Positions 1 to 10,693 are shown, numbered from the whole stretch's first letter. The stretch: 60,413 nt of DNA, filler included, from 6 parts of 6 records of this genome joined end to end with filler, not necessarily neighbours in it, one strand, 5' to 3'. Program-made: numbers and translations. Notes: generated from the letters alone by a model not told the origin.

Positions 1-829
1 TTTCGTCGGTGAAATAATCGCGCGGCGGCAGGCTTGCACGGAAGCTCTCGTAATCACCGTTTTGCACCGATTTGATCGGTTTTTCCCGCGCCGTTTCGTA
101 GTCCGCCTGGCTCAAATAGCCGTTTTCATACATCTCGCGCAAAACGAAATTGCGCCGTTTGAGCGCCGCGTCATAGTTTTTCACCGGGTGATAGGAATAG
201 GGCGCTTTCGGATGAATCGCCAAAAATGCCGCCTCTTCCGGGGACAGCTCCGAGAGCGATTTGTTGAAATAAGACTGCGCCGCAGCCGTCACCCCAAAGG
301 AGCGCACGCCAAGGTCGATCTCGTTGAGATAGAGCCCAAGGATTTGATCCTTGGTCAGGGTCTGTTCCAACCGGGTGGCCAGAATCAACTCTTTGATTTT
401 ACGTTCAGCGGAGCGATCCGAGGAAAGCAAAAAGTTTTTCATCACCTGTTGCGTGATGGTCGATGCGCCGCGCAGGGTGCCGCCTTTGGCCGCCTCAAGC
501 GCCGCCGCCGCCATGCCGCGCAGATCATAGCCGTGATGGGTGTAGAAATTTTTATCCTCTGCCGACACAAACGCATATTTCACCAGATCGGGGATTTCTT
601 CGGGCGGGGTATACAGGCGGCGTTCCTTGGCAAATTCGTCGATGATTTTGCCTTCGCCGGAATAAATCCGTGAAATCGTCGGCGGCGTGTATTGCGCCAA
701 GGCTTCGTGATTGGGCAAATCGCGCCCATACATCCAAAAAATCCCGCCGATGACCAAAGCCAACAGAAAGGCCCCCGTGGTCACCCACGAGAAAATTGTG
801 CCGAAAAAAGAGAGGATAAATCGAAGCAC
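1..829 (-). CDS. mrcA: Penicillin-binding protein 1A, N-terminal transglycosylase part (3' truncated)
   Basis: Manual minus-strand translation from GTG at 829: VLRFILSFFG... TM helix, then GT51 motifs AEDKNFYTHHG, GASTITQQVMKN, RKIKE and YLNEI. Open to the window edge; not in the ORF track. Confidence 0.93.
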   Translation of the reverse strand, partial: MLRFILSFFGTIFSWVTTGAFLLALVIGGIFWMYGRDLPNHEALAQYTPPTISRIYSGEGKIIDEFAKERRLYTPPEEIPDLVKYAFVSAEDKNFYTHHGYDLRGMAAAALEAAKGGTLRGASTITQQVMKNFLLSSDRSAERKIKELILATRLEQTLTKDQILGLYLNEIDLGVRSFGVTAAAQSYFNKSLSELSPEEAAFLAIHPKAPYSYHPVKNYDAALKRRNFVLREMYENGYLSQADYETAREKPIKSVQNGDYESFRASLPPRDYFTDE

Positions 830-1022
830 GCGTTTGCCTTTCCCACCACCTGACCCGGCCCTGACTCGCATCAACGCCCGATCTTTGCTCCTCCTTATAC
901 AGGCACGACCTCCGGGTCAAAACATCCCCCGCGCAAATGTGAGCAGAAAGACGCCGCTTGTGATCGCGCCCGATACAGTTAGGCTTGCCCTGCCCCGTCT
1001 GCCCCCCTATCTGCTGGTCACC

Positions 1023-1631
1023 ATGACACCCGAAAATATCTTGCCCACCTACGAACGCCAAGCCAAAGGCTTTGATCGCAACCGCAGCAAGGCCCTGTTT
1101 GAACGGGTCTGGCTGGACCGGCTTTTGGCCCACGCCCCGCAAAGCACCGGCAAACGCCGGGTGCTTGACCTTGGCTGTGGCGCAGGTCGTCCGATCGCAC
1201 AATATCTGGTGGATCGCCGGGTAGAGGTCACAGGCGTCGACGGCGCGGCGGCCATGGTCGCCTTGTTCCAAGAGAACCTGCCCAATGTGCGGGTGTTTCA
1301 CGAGGACATGCGCGGGCTCGACCTGCAAGAGACCTTTGATGCGGTGATCGCATGGGACAGCTTCTTTCACCTCTCGAAAGACGACCAGCGGGCGATGTTC
1401 AAAACCTTCGCCCACCACCTCGCGCCCCGTGGCGTGTTGCTGTTCACTTCGGGTCCTGAGGACAGCGAAGTCATCGGCAATGTCGAAGGCGAAGAGGTCT
1501 ACCACGCCTCGCTTGGACCCGACGAATACCGCGCCCTGATGACCGAGCAAGGCTTGGAGGTGCTGCGCTATGTGCCCGAAGACCCCGAATGCGATTTCCA
1601 CACAGTATGGATGGCGCGTTTGGCGGGGTGA
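1023..1631 (+). CDS. Class I SAM-dependent methyltransferase
   Basis: VLDLGCGAG motif I, GVDGA and FDAVIAWDSFFHL. ATG at 1023 preferred over the longer ORF, which overlaps PBP1A. Confidence 0.9.
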   Translation: MTPENILPTYERQAKGFDRNRSKALFERVWLDRLLAHAPQSTGKRRVLDLGCGAGRPIAQYLVDRRVEVTGVDGAAAMVALFQENLPNVRVFHEDMRGLDLQETFDAVIAWDSFFHLSKDDQRAMFKTFAHHLAPRGVLLFTSGPEDSEVIGNVEGEEVYHASLGPDEYRALMTEQGLEVLRYVPEDPECDFHTVWMARLAG

Positions 1632-1678
1632 CGGGGCTGTCAGGTCTTGCCAGCCAATACCGCGGCGGACATCCCAAT

Positions 1679-2548
1679 TCACATCCGAACTGTCACCTCA
1701 TAGCCAAACTCCACTACCGCCTCGGGCGCGAGTGCGATGCTGTTCGGGCGCTGCGATATTTGCGGGCCATCCCCGGTGTAAGAGGCCGTGCCATGCCATG
1801 GTTCAATGCACAAAAAAGGCGCGCCTTTCGGGCGCCAGAGCGCCAGATCGGGAAGATTATGGAACTGAAATTCCAAAGTCAGTCCTTTGGCGGGACCATA
1901 ACGCAACGCCTCTGATCCATTCGGAAAAACCAGCGCCCCTTCGGTGAACAGATCCTCATCAATCGCAAGTTTACCCTCGAGGAATGGGCTGGGAAGCGGC
2001 TGCGGATCGAGCAATCCGTCATCGAGTTTATGCATATCAGGGGCGCTGTGCGTGGCAAGTGTGACGTAATGCGCCGCCCGCCCGGCATTGGGCAGCGGCC
2101 AACAAAATGCAGGATGGAAACCAAAGCCAAAAGGCATGGTCTGGGCGCTGTTGTTTTGCACCTGCGCTGTGACCTGTACCGTGTTTCTCTCCAGTCGGTG
2201 CGTCACTTTTAGCGTAAAGTCAAAGGGATAGACCGCCATGCTTTTAGAATTCTGTGTAAGGATATGGCTGCACGACACATCTGTTTGGTCTTGAAGCGCA
2301 AAGAGACTTCGCCGGGCAAATCCGTGTTGGGACATCGGCGCTTTATGATCGGCAACCGCAATCACATCATCCACCGCCCGCCCAACGATTGGAAACAAAA
2401 CGGGCGCGCGGCCAGACCAAAAAGTGGCATCCCCGTTCCAAAGCAGATCGTCCCCGGCCGAGGTCCGCAAACTTTGCATCTCCGCGCCCAAAGGCGCGAC
2501 CTCAAGACTGAGGAAATCATTCTGCAACACGCAGCACGGGGCAGTCAT
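1679..2548 (-). CDS. Aldose 1-epimerase family protein (LacX-like)
   Basis: Motifs WSGRAPVLFPIVG, QHGFAR, FGFHPAF and FLCIEPW. Confidence 0.9.
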   Translation of the reverse strand: MTAPCCVLQNDFLSLEVAPLGAEMQSLRTSAGDDLLWNGDATFWSGRAPVLFPIVGRAVDDVIAVADHKAPMSQHGFARRSLFALQDQTDVSCSHILTQNSKSMAVYPFDFTLKVTHRLERNTVQVTAQVQNNSAQTMPFGFGFHPAFCWPLPNAGRAAHYVTLATHSAPDMHKLDDGLLDPQPLPSPFLEGKLAIDEDLFTEGALVFPNGSEALRYGPAKGLTLEFQFHNLPDLALWRPKGAPFLCIEPWHGTASYTGDGPQISQRPNSIALAPEAVVEFGYEVTVRM

Positions 2549-2768
2549 AGCGCCGCTCCCTGAGCGTTCAACACCGTGCGCATCACGACAGGCCCTGACC
2601 GCAGTTCAACTCTGTTCAAAAAATGGAGGTTTGCCATCATTTCCTCACCCAAGATATGACACCACAAAATAGATTTTTGATCCAAAGTCACCCCTTATTT
2701 CCGCAACATCCCCATCACAACGCGCGCTCTACCCCGCCTCTTCAATCTCGGACACCTCGTCCAAACAC

Positions 2769-3257
2769 CTAGCGATGTTCAAGGAACGCGTGCGCCTGCA
2801 AAAGGCTTGTGGCGAGACCGCCGAAAAAGCCCGGAACGCCAATATCAATCAGGTCTGACGGCGCGTTTTCGTCTTGCGTCGTTGCGCCTTTGGTGGGCTT
2901 CACATGGACAAGCGCGGTGGGAGTGTCGAGCAATTCCCGGTAGCTTGCGCCTTTTCCGTGTTTGAGCACGTTGATGGCGAGGTAATAGATGTGGATGCGC
3001 TCGGCGAGGTCGCCGCGTCCGGCCTCTTTGAGGGCGGCGGTGAGTTTGCGTGAAAACGGGCCGCGTTTGAAATGGTGCTGCATCCGCGCCTCGAACAGGG
3101 TGAAAGCATCGACGGCGGCCAGTTCAAGCGCACCCTGTGCGGCGCGCAGGTCTTGCGCGCTGGACGCGGCCTGCCCTGCCAAAATGATGTCTTCGAATGT
3201 CTTTGCTTTGGCCTGTACCGCTGCAATCAGCTCCGGCACGCTCTGTGACGCTGTCAT
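2769..3257 (-). CDS. Hypothetical helical protein
   Basis: 162-aa ORF with GGAG upstream that fills the gap between two minus-strand genes; contains AINVLKHGKG. Confidence 0.7.
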   Translation of the reverse strand: MTASQSVPELIAAVQAKAKTFEDIILAGQAASSAQDLRAAQGALELAAVDAFTLFEARMQHHFKRGPFSRKLTAALKEAGRGDLAERIHIYYLAINVLKHGKGASYRELLDTPTALVHVKPTKGATTQDENAPSDLIDIGVPGFFGGLATSLLQAHAFLEHR

Positions 3258-3378
3258 CGTTCAGTTCTCCGTATGGGTCCCCCCTCCCATACGCGAAGCG
3301 GCGCGGAATGATAGGGCGAAACGGTTCATCTGAGCCGCGTCACCTCAGTCACGAGGGCGCAAGGCGCATAAAGCGGCC

Positions 3379-4590
3379 TTATTTTCGCAATTTGCCCATC
3401 GCCACCCGTTCCTCATCCTGCCAAGCATAAAGCGCATCGCGGATGGCCCAGGCGGCGCGGGTGCGCCAGGCCGGGTCATTGAGTTTGGCGCGATCTTTGG
3501 GCGAGGACAGAAAGCCCAATTCCAACAACACGGAGGGCATATCGGGGGCTTTGAGCACGGAAAACCCAGCTTCCAAACGCGGGCGTTTGTGCATCCCGAC
3601 GCTGGCCTGCAACTGCGTCACCAGCGCATCGGCCAAACGGTCCGTGCGCGGTGTGGTCTCATTACGGGCCATGTCCATCAACACGCCGGCGATGACATCG
3701 TCCTGATCGCTCAAATCCACGCCCGCCAACAAATCGGCGCGATCATGGCGTTCGGCCAGTTTTTGCGACGCGGTATCCGAGGCGCGATCGGCCAAAGTAT
3801 AAAGCGTCGCCCCCTCGGCCCGGCCTTCGGAAATCGCATCGGCGTGGAGCGAGATAAACACCTCCGCCCCCGCCTCCCGTGCCAAGGTCAGGCGGGTTTC
3901 GAGTGGCACGAATGTGTCATCTGTGCGGGTCAAGGTAACGTCAAACCCACCGGCACGGACCAGCACATCTTGCAATTCACGCGCAAAACTCAACATCAAA
4001 TCCGCCTCGCGCACACCATCGCGTTCGGCACCCGGATCAATGCCGCCATGGCCGGGATCGAGCACGACCTTCAACGGCCCCTCGCCAAATTTTTTGCGTG
4101 GGATCGCCGCTTCGTCCGGCTGAGAGCGGCGGACAAGCTGCGCCTCCAACGGCGTCCCGGCCCCCAAAGCAAACTCATCGGCGGCCATCGGATCAAGGTT
4201 GAGCCGCAACACCGCCCCCGCCTCATCGCGCGACATTTCGGCATGGACCAGCCCGTAAGGCGCGGCCAAATCCATCACCATGCGCGACCAGCCGGGGACA
4301 AACCCGCCGACCCGCAGGTCGGTGACGCCCTCAGCCGTATCAAAGGCCTGCGCGTCAAACCCGGTCCAATCGACCTCGGAAAAATCCACGACGATGCGTC
4401 TGGGATCATCGAGAGAGAAAATCCGAAACGGCACAGGTTGGGACAGGCGCAGCATCATCTCAAGGCTGTCGCCCTGATCGACCAGCGCCGAGGCCGAACT
4501 GTCGGCGCGGGCCAAGGCGGTCAGCCCGTCTTGCGCCTGCAACGGCAGAGCGGAAAGGCATAGAAAAAGGAGCGCTTTGAAAACCTGCAT
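3379..4590 (-). CDS. amiC: N-acetylmuramoyl-L-alanine amidase (AMIN + Amidase_3)
   Basis: Signal peptide MQVFKALLFLCLSALPLQA, AMIN motif LDDPRRIVVDF, and catalytic motifs VVLDPGHGGIDPGA, FISLHAD and SVLLELGFLS. Confidence 0.9.
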   Translation of the reverse strand: MQVFKALLFLCLSALPLQAQDGLTALARADSSASALVDQGDSLEMMLRLSQPVPFRIFSLDDPRRIVVDFSEVDWTGFDAQAFDTAEGVTDLRVGGFVPGWSRMVMDLAAPYGLVHAEMSRDEAGAVLRLNLDPMAADEFALGAGTPLEAQLVRRSQPDEAAIPRKKFGEGPLKVVLDPGHGGIDPGAERDGVREADLMLSFARELQDVLVRAGGFDVTLTRTDDTFVPLETRLTLAREAGAEVFISLHADAISEGRAEGATLYTLADRASDTASQKLAERHDRADLLAGVDLSDQDDVIAGVLMDMARNETTPRTDRLADALVTQLQASVGMHKRPRLEAGFSVLKAPDMPSVLLELGFLSSPKDRAKLNDPAWRTRAAWAIRDALYAWQDEERVAMGKLRK

Positions 4591-4684
4591 CGAAACCTCA
4601 TAAAACCGGCCGCGTGTCCGGCCTTTGGCGCAGTGTAGCCGGACAGGCGCGGCCTGAACAGCCATCAGAGCGGCCAAAGCGCTC

Positions 4685-5836
4685 TCACTTTTGCGCCATT
4701 TCGGCGGCCATAAACGCAGACAGGCGGCGCAGGCCTTCGCGGATGTCCTCGGTCGAGCGGGCATAGGAAAACCGCATCGTCTGATGGCCGCGTTTGGGGT
4801 CAAAATCCAATCCCGGCGTTACGGCCACCCCGGCCTCGTCCAAAATGCGGGCACAAAAGGCGCGGCTGTCCTCGGTCAGCTCCGACACATCGGCATAGAT
4901 GTAAAACGCCCCGTCTGGTGGCGCGATCCGGTCAAAACCGATTTTTGGCAGCTCGTCCAACATCAAACGGCGGTTCTCGGTGTAGACATCGACTAAGGCC
5001 TGACACTCATCGCGACCTTCCAGCGCGCCCAAGGCGGCGACCTGTGCGGCATGCGGCGGGCAGATGAAAAAGTTCTGCGCGAGGCGTTCAATCACCCGCA
5101 CATGATCTTCGGGCACCACCATCCAGCCGACGCGCCAGCCGGTCATCGAAAAGAATTTCGAAAACGAATTGATCACATAGACATCGTCCGAGAGTTCCAA
5201 CGCCGTCACCGGACGCGTGCCGTATTGAATGCCGTGGTAAATCTCGTCGGAAATGAACGACACGCCCCGGTCCTGACAGGTCTGGATCAAGGCGCCCATG
5301 GCCTCCCGATCCAACATCGTGCCCGAGGGGTTGCCGGGGCTGGCGACGATCAACCCGTCCAGCCCCTCGGGAATCTCGCTTGGCACCGGCTGTAGGCGGT
5401 TCTCCATCTGGGTCTGAATGCCCACCGGCGTGATGTCGAGGCCCGACAGGATTTGCCGATAAGACGGATAACCCGGCTCGCCCAATCCCACCTTGGCCCC
5501 CGCGTCAAACAGCGCGGTAAACGCCAAAATGAACGCCCCCGAGGAGCCCGGCGTGATCACCACCCGCCGCCAATCCAAACGCACCCCGTACCAATCCTGA
5601 TAGAGCGCCGCGATGGCTTTGCGCAGCTCCGGCAGGCCAAGGGCGACGGTGTAGCCCAAAGGCCCCTGCTCCATCTCTTGCGCCAATTTGGCCCGTGCCG
5701 CGTTGGGCGCGCCTGTGGCGGGCTGGCCGACCTCCATATGGATGATGTGCCGCCCGGCCTCCTCATGCGCGCGCGCCGCCTCCATCACATCCATCACGAT
5801 AAAAGGATCGACTTCAGAGCGGCGGGAGGTTTTCAT
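4685..5836 (-). CDS. PLP-dependent aminotransferase class I/II
   Basis: Motifs SPGNPSG, ISDEIYH and NSFSKFFSMTGWRVGW (PLP lysine). Confidence 0.93.
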   Translation of the reverse strand: MKTSRRSEVDPFIVMDVMEAARAHEEAGRHIIHMEVGQPATGAPNAARAKLAQEMEQGPLGYTVALGLPELRKAIAALYQDWYGVRLDWRRVVITPGSSGAFILAFTALFDAGAKVGLGEPGYPSYRQILSGLDITPVGIQTQMENRLQPVPSEIPEGLDGLIVASPGNPSGTMLDREAMGALIQTCQDRGVSFISDEIYHGIQYGTRPVTALELSDDVYVINSFSKFFSMTGWRVGWMVVPEDHVRVIERLAQNFFICPPHAAQVAALGALEGRDECQALVDVYTENRRLMLDELPKIGFDRIAPPDGAFYIYADVSELTEDSRAFCARILDEAGVAVTPGLDFDPKRGHQTMRFSYARSTEDIREGLRRLSAFMAAEMAQK

Positions 5837-5893
5837 CGGGCATATCCTGTGGTTGTTTGGGGCCTGAAATGCCAGCGCCCGGGAGGAATTGCA

Positions 5894-7240
5894 ATGCGGC
5901 AGATGCGAGTACGCGCCATGCGCCCTTTGATGACCTTCGCGCTAATGCTTTGCCTGCCGCTTTCGGCCTGGGCCAAGGGGATTTTGCGCGACCCGGACAT
6001 TGAATATGCGTTAGGCCGTCTGGCCGGACCGATCTTTGACGCGGCGGGCCTGTCGGCCACGCGGATGAAAATCGTCGTCATCCATGACGACCAACCGAAT
6101 GCCTTTGTTGCTGATACCTCCCATGTGTTCCTCCATTCCGGCCTGCTTTTGCGCCTCGATACGGCGGCCGAAGTACAGGCGGTGATCGCCCATGAGGTCG
6201 CCCATATCACTGGCGGCCATATCATCAGGCGTCAGGCCAATATGAAAAATGCCTCGACGGCGGCGGCTCTTGGCCTGTTGCTGTCGGGGGCGGTGGTAGC
6301 CGCCACGGGCAATGGCGAGGCGGCGGCGGGCATCGCCATGGGCGTCACCGGATCAGCGCAGCGGGTGCTGTTTGGCCACACCCGCGCCGAGGAAGCCTCC
6401 GCGGACCAGGCCGGCATCCGCTACATGGCGCGCGCGGGCGTCCCACCACAGGCGATGCTGGATGTACTTGAAATGTTTCGTGGCCAGGAGGTCTTGTCCG
6501 AGAGCCGCCAGGACCCCTACGCGCGCACCCATCCTTTGACCCGCGAGCGTCTGCGCGCGCTCAAAGGCTATGCAGCCGCATCGAAACTCACCGCCAATCC
6601 CGACCCGGAGGCCAACTATTGGTACGCCCGTGCGCGCGGCAAGTTGGAGGCGTTCATCCGCCCGCCCGCCTATACGCTGCGCCGGGTGCCCGCCTCTGAT
6701 GGCTCCGACATCGCGCTGATGCGCCGCGCCGTGGCACTGCACCGCGTGCCCAAGCCGAAAGAGGCGATGGCCACCATGGCCCGCCTCGTCGCGCTACGCC
6801 CAAACGACCCCTATTACGCCGAGCTTCAGGGGCAGATTCTATTGGAAAGTCGCCAATTTGATGCCGCTGTCACCGCCTATCGCCGGGCGGCCCAATTGGC
6901 ACCAAATGAGGCGCAAATTCAGGCCGGGCTTGGCCGCGCGCTTTTGGCGACGACCAATAAGGCCAACCTCCCCGCCGCGATCGAGGCGCTGGAGGCGGCG
7001 CGGGCGCGCGATGGCTATGACCCAAATCTGTTGCGTCATTTGGCCTCCGCCTATGCCCAATCGGGTCAGGACGCCATGGCCGCACTCAACGCCTCAGAGG
7101 CCCATATCATGCGTGGCGATTGCAAAGCCGCGATGCCTTTGGCCCAACGTGCCGCAGCAGCGCTGGGTCACGGAAGTGTTGGGTGGAACCGGGCGCAAGA
7201 TGTGGTAAACGCGTGCGAAACCGCTCTCAAACGGAGATAG
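5894..7240 (+). CDS. M48 metalloprotease with TPR repeats (BepA/YfgC-like)
   Basis: GGAGG RBS, signal peptide, PNAF, HEVAH zinc motif, EASAD and THP, followed by TPR helices. Exact start Met uncertain. Confidence 0.88.
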   Translation: MRQMRVRAMRPLMTFALMLCLPLSAWAKGILRDPDIEYALGRLAGPIFDAAGLSATRMKIVVIHDDQPNAFVADTSHVFLHSGLLLRLDTAAEVQAVIAHEVAHITGGHIIRRQANMKNASTAAALGLLLSGAVVAATGNGEAAAGIAMGVTGSAQRVLFGHTRAEEASADQAGIRYMARAGVPPQAMLDVLEMFRGQEVLSESRQDPYARTHPLTRERLRALKGYAAASKLTANPDPEANYWYARARGKLEAFIRPPAYTLRRVPASDGSDIALMRRAVALHRVPKPKEAMATMARLVALRPNDPYYAELQGQILLESRQFDAAVTAYRRAAQLAPNEAQIQAGLGRALLATTNKANLPAAIEALEAARARDGYDPNLLRHLASAYAQSGQDAMAALNASEAHIMRGDCKAAMPLAQRAAAALGHGSVGWNRAQDVVNACETALKRR

Positions 7241-7244
7241 AGAT

Positions 7245-8006
7245 ATGCCTTTTGCCAAAGCCTGCGCCCGACTCGGTGCCGCGGCCCTTTTGACCGCTTC
7301 CACCGCGCTTGGCGCCTTTGCTTTTGACATCGGTGACATGTCCGATGCCGAGCGCGCGGCGTTTCGCGCCGAAGTGCGCGCCTATCTTTTGGACAATCCC
7401 GAAGTGTTGATGGAGGCGGTGGACGTCTATCAAGCGCGTCAGGCCGAGGCTCAGGTCTCCAGCGATGCCGACATGATCGCCGCCAATATGGACGCGATTT
7501 ACAACACCGCCTTCGATGGCATCTACGGCAATCCCGAAGGCGATATCGTGATGGTCGAATTCACCGACTACCGCTGTGGCTATTGCAAAAAAGCCTTTCC
7601 AGATGTGAAAGCACTTTTGGAAAAAGACGGCAATATCAAACTGATCGTCAAAGAATTCCCGATCTTGGGCGAGGCCTCCGTTTTGGCGTCCCGCTTTGCC
7701 GTTGCGACCAAAATGGTGGCCGGTGACGACGCGTATTTGACCTTCCATGACGCGCTGATGGAAGCGCGCGGCGATGTCACAGTTGGCGCGCTGCGCCGTT
7801 TGGCCACCGACCTTGGCATCGACGCCGATGCGGTTGTCGCCAAAATGGACAGCGAAGAGGTCACCACGGTGATCGCGAAAAATCACCAACTGGCGGCGGA
7901 GTTGCAAATCTCGGGCACGCCGACCTTTGTGATGGGCGACCAGATGCTGCGCGGCTATGTGCCCTATGATGCGATGGTTGAAATCGTGGCGGAGCTGCGT
8001 GGGTGA
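7245..8006 (+). CDS. DsbA family protein (Com1/ScsC-like)
   Basis: VRAYLLDNPEV N-domain, EFTDYRCGYC (CxxC) and cis-Pro loop GTPTF. Confidence 0.92.
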   Translation: MPFAKACARLGAAALLTASTALGAFAFDIGDMSDAERAAFRAEVRAYLLDNPEVLMEAVDVYQARQAEAQVSSDADMIAANMDAIYNTAFDGIYGNPEGDIVMVEFTDYRCGYCKKAFPDVKALLEKDGNIKLIVKEFPILGEASVLASRFAVATKMVAGDDAYLTFHDALMEARGDVTVGALRRLATDLGIDADAVVAKMDSEEVTTVIAKNHQLAAELQISGTPTFVMGDQMLRGYVPYDAMVEIVAELRG

Positions 8007-8055
8007 ACATGCGGCAGGACGCGGGTCACAGCGCCGGTTTATACCTGGAAATGAC

Positions 8056-8080
8056 AAAACCCCGCCATTGGCGGGGTTTT
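8056..8080. terminator. Bidirectional Rho-independent terminator
   Basis: AAAACCCCGCC-ATT-GGCGGGGTTTT hairpin between the convergent DsbA and ispG genes. Confidence 0.85.
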
Positions 8081-8119
8081 TATTTGAGTATTTGAGCTGC
8101 GCTGAAGCGGTTGTGGTGC

Positions 8120-9247
8120 TTATTCAGCGGCCTCGGACGCGGTCTGAGCCTCGATCTCGGCGGCTTTGGCTTCGACCTGTTCAACGATATGGTCAACCAT
8201 ATTGTCATTGGACATTTTATGGCTCTGCGCCCCGCCGAGATAGACCATGCCATGGCCAGCTCCACCGCCGGTCCAACCGACATCGGTCATCAACGCCTCG
8301 CCGGGACCGTTGACCACACAGCCGATGATCGACAGGCTCATCGGCGTTTTGATATGTTCCAACCGCTTTTCCAGCGCCTCAACAGTTTTGATCACGTCAA
8401 AGCCCTGACGCGCGCAGGACGGGCAGGAGATGATATTCACGCCGCGGTGGCGCAGGCCGAGAGATTTGAGGATTTCATAGCCAACCTTGACCTCTTCGAC
8501 CGGATCGGCAGACAAGCTGACGCGGATCGTGTCGCCGATGCCCATCCACAAAAGCTGACCCAGCCCGATGGCCGATTTGATCGTGCCGGACATAAGCCCA
8601 CCCGCCTCGGTGATGCCCAAATGGATCGGCGCATCGGTGGCCTCGGCCAATTGTTGATAGGCGGCGGCGGCGAGGAAGACATCAGAGGCTTTGACCGAGA
8701 TTTTGAAATTGTGAAAATCGTTGTCTTCCAGAATTTTGATATGATCCATGCCGGATTCGACCATCGCGTCGGGACAGGGTTCGGCGTATTTGTCCAACAG
8801 GTGCTTTTCCAAAGAGCCGGCGTTGACGCCAATGCGGATCGAGCAATTGTGATCCTTGGCAGCTTTGATCACCTCACGCACCCGCTTTTCATCACCAATA
8901 TTGCCCGGATTGATCCGCAGACAGGCGGCCCCGGCTTCGGCGGCCTCGATGGCGCGTTTGTAATGGAAATGGATGTCAGCGACGATCGGCACCGGGCTTT
9001 CACGGCAGATCTCTTTGAGCGCCAAAGCCGAGTCGCGGTCGGGGGCGGAGACGCGCACGATGTCGGCCCCGGCCTCTGCGGCGCGCAGCACCTGATCCAA
9101 GGTCGCTTTGACATCGGTGGTCAGCGTGTTGGTCATGGTCTGCACGGTGATCGGCGCATCGCCCCCCACCGGCACATTGCCCACCCAAATCTTGCGGCTC
9201 ACGCGTCGGTCAATGTTGCGCCAAGGGCGAATGGAATTGTGCGACAT
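8120..9247 (-). CDS. ispG: 4-hydroxy-3-methylbut-2-en-1-yl diphosphate synthase
   Basis: Motifs [34 protein letters not shown] and GCVVNGPGE. Confidence 0.97.
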   Translation of the reverse strand: MSHNSIRPWRNIDRRVSRKIWVGNVPVGGDAPITVQTMTNTLTTDVKATLDQVLRAAEAGADIVRVSAPDRDSALALKEICRESPVPIVADIHFHYKRAIEAAEAGAACLRINPGNIGDEKRVREVIKAAKDHNCSIRIGVNAGSLEKHLLDKYAEPCPDAMVESGMDHIKILEDNDFHNFKISVKASDVFLAAAAYQQLAEATDAPIHLGITEAGGLMSGTIKSAIGLGQLLWMGIGDTIRVSLSADPVEEVKVGYEILKSLGLRHRGVNIISCPSCARQGFDVIKTVEALEKRLEHIKTPMSLSIIGCVVNGPGEALMTDVGWTGGGAGHGMVYLGGAQSHKMSNDNMVDHIVEQVEAKAAEIEAQTASEAAE

Positions 9248-9260
9248 GGGAACGGGCCTC

Positions 9261-9290
9261 TTTTGGGACGGTTTTGGGACGGTTTTGGGA
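9261..9290. repeat. Tandem repeat (TTTTGGGACGG) x2.7 in the ispG leader
   Basis: Units at 9261-9271 and 9272-9282, plus a partial unit at 9283-9290. Confidence 0.85.
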
Positions 9291-9375
9291 ACGTCAATTC
9301 AGCCCCCCTTAGATAAGGCGGCACACCGCAAGTGACAAGCGGCGGAAGCGGCAGAGTGATCAGATGAAAGCCGGT

Positions 9376-10587
9376 TTATTGGCCGTTTTGGGCGACCTGA
9401 AAGGCCTCGGCGACCGTGTCATTGGCGGCCAGATCGACCTGGGCAAAACTGTCCGACACATCCGCGACCGAGAGGGCGATGTTTTTCACCACAGACCCAG
9501 AGGCACCGACCGGGCCATAGGCCTGACCATTGACGTCGAAATAGACGCCACCGGCATTGCCCGTGCGCAGAATCGGCGCTTTGTCCATCGCCGGAACGAT
9601 GTAACGTTCACCGGCATCAAGAATCTTCTCAAACAAAACGGACCCATCGGCGGCCTGGACGCGCACCCATGACGGGCGCACGGCGACCAGCGCCAATTCG
9701 GGCGCGCCCTCTTCGACCACGCGCACATCCCCCTCGTCCGTGTCGGAAAGCGCCGCCAAGGCAATGTCAGACGACATGGCGTTCAGGCGCTCTTCGCGCT
9801 CGGCGGCAAGTCCTTCGCCCGCCAAAGCCCCAACAGAGCGCGGATCAAGCGCCGCGATAGGCCCGTCACGCGGCACCAAAACCGGCACATCCAGCGCCTG
9901 CGGACGATACAACCGATCCAGCGCCTCGGCGGAGGGGGTCGCAAGGCCGACGCTCTCGTCCATCTGCGCCAAACGGGTCTCGGAGCCTGCACCACCAAGG
10001 GGGGCAACTTCGGCGATCACGGCCGGGGCCTGATCGACCGGGGCCATTTTGACCTTTTGGATTTCTTGCAACACCGACCAGCCGCCATAGCCGATCACGC
10101 CCAAAAGCGCGAGCAACACAGCGGTTGATCCCAGCGCGCCGGGTTCGATCCGGGACATAAACCCCTGTCCGCGCGGGACAAAGCTGGCGTTGGGATCGGA
10201 GAATGGATCTTTCTTGACAGGTGCCGCCGCCGCCTTGGCCGGTTTGCGTTTGGTTGAGGCCTCGGGGGACATGCCGTGGGCAACCGTAAAGCCGCTTTCA
10301 GAGCAAAACCGTGCAAAAGCCCAATCGGGATCAAGATTCAGATAGCGGGCATAGGAGCGCACATACCCCGCGATGAAACCCTGGGTTTCAAACACAGAGG
10401 GGTCAGAGTTCTCAATGGCGGCAATATAGGTTGCTTTGATCTTCAACTCGCGCTGAACATCCAAGAGCGATTTGCCAAGGGTGGCGCGTTCCCCACGCAT
10501 GACGTCGCCGAGCTGAAGCTCGTAATCGTCAAAACCGCGAGGATGTTCCTGCTCCTCGACGTGTGGCTTCGTCCACCGCCTGATCAT
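9376..10587 (-). CDS. rodZ: RodZ-family protein (HTH + TM + DUF4115)
   Basis: HTH_25 (LKIKATYIAAIEN, GYVRSYARYL), one TM helix and C-terminal SWVRV...LRTGNAGG; lies upstream of ispG as usual. Confidence 0.85.
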   Translation of the reverse strand: MIRRWTKPHVEEQEHPRGFDDYELQLGDVMRGERATLGKSLLDVQRELKIKATYIAAIENSDPSVFETQGFIAGYVRSYARYLNLDPDWAFARFCSESGFTVAHGMSPEASTKRKPAKAAAAPVKKDPFSDPNASFVPRGQGFMSRIEPGALGSTAVLLALLGVIGYGGWSVLQEIQKVKMAPVDQAPAVIAEVAPLGGAGSETRLAQMDESVGLATPSAEALDRLYRPQALDVPVLVPRDGPIAALDPRSVGALAGEGLAAEREERLNAMSSDIALAALSDTDEGDVRVVEEGAPELALVAVRPSWVRVQAADGSVLFEKILDAGERYIVPAMDKAPILRTGNAGGVYFDVNGQAYGPVGASGSVVKNIALSVADVSDSFAQVDLAANDTVAEAFQVAQNGQ

Positions 10588-10693
10588 GCATTCGCCCCAA
10601 ATTAACCTGCCCGCCCTTTAGGCGTCGATTCGTCGCCTAAAGTTGATAAACTGTTACCATATGCTCAACGGGGCCGCCCAGCGTATATCTTGA

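Noticed and set aside
62-673. 203-aa plus-strand ORF and the many long antisense ORFs in GC-rich contigs (e.g. 8111-9316, 24962-26260, 53905-55293)
   Set aside because: They are shadows of well-supported genes on the opposite strand and carry no recognisable motifs.
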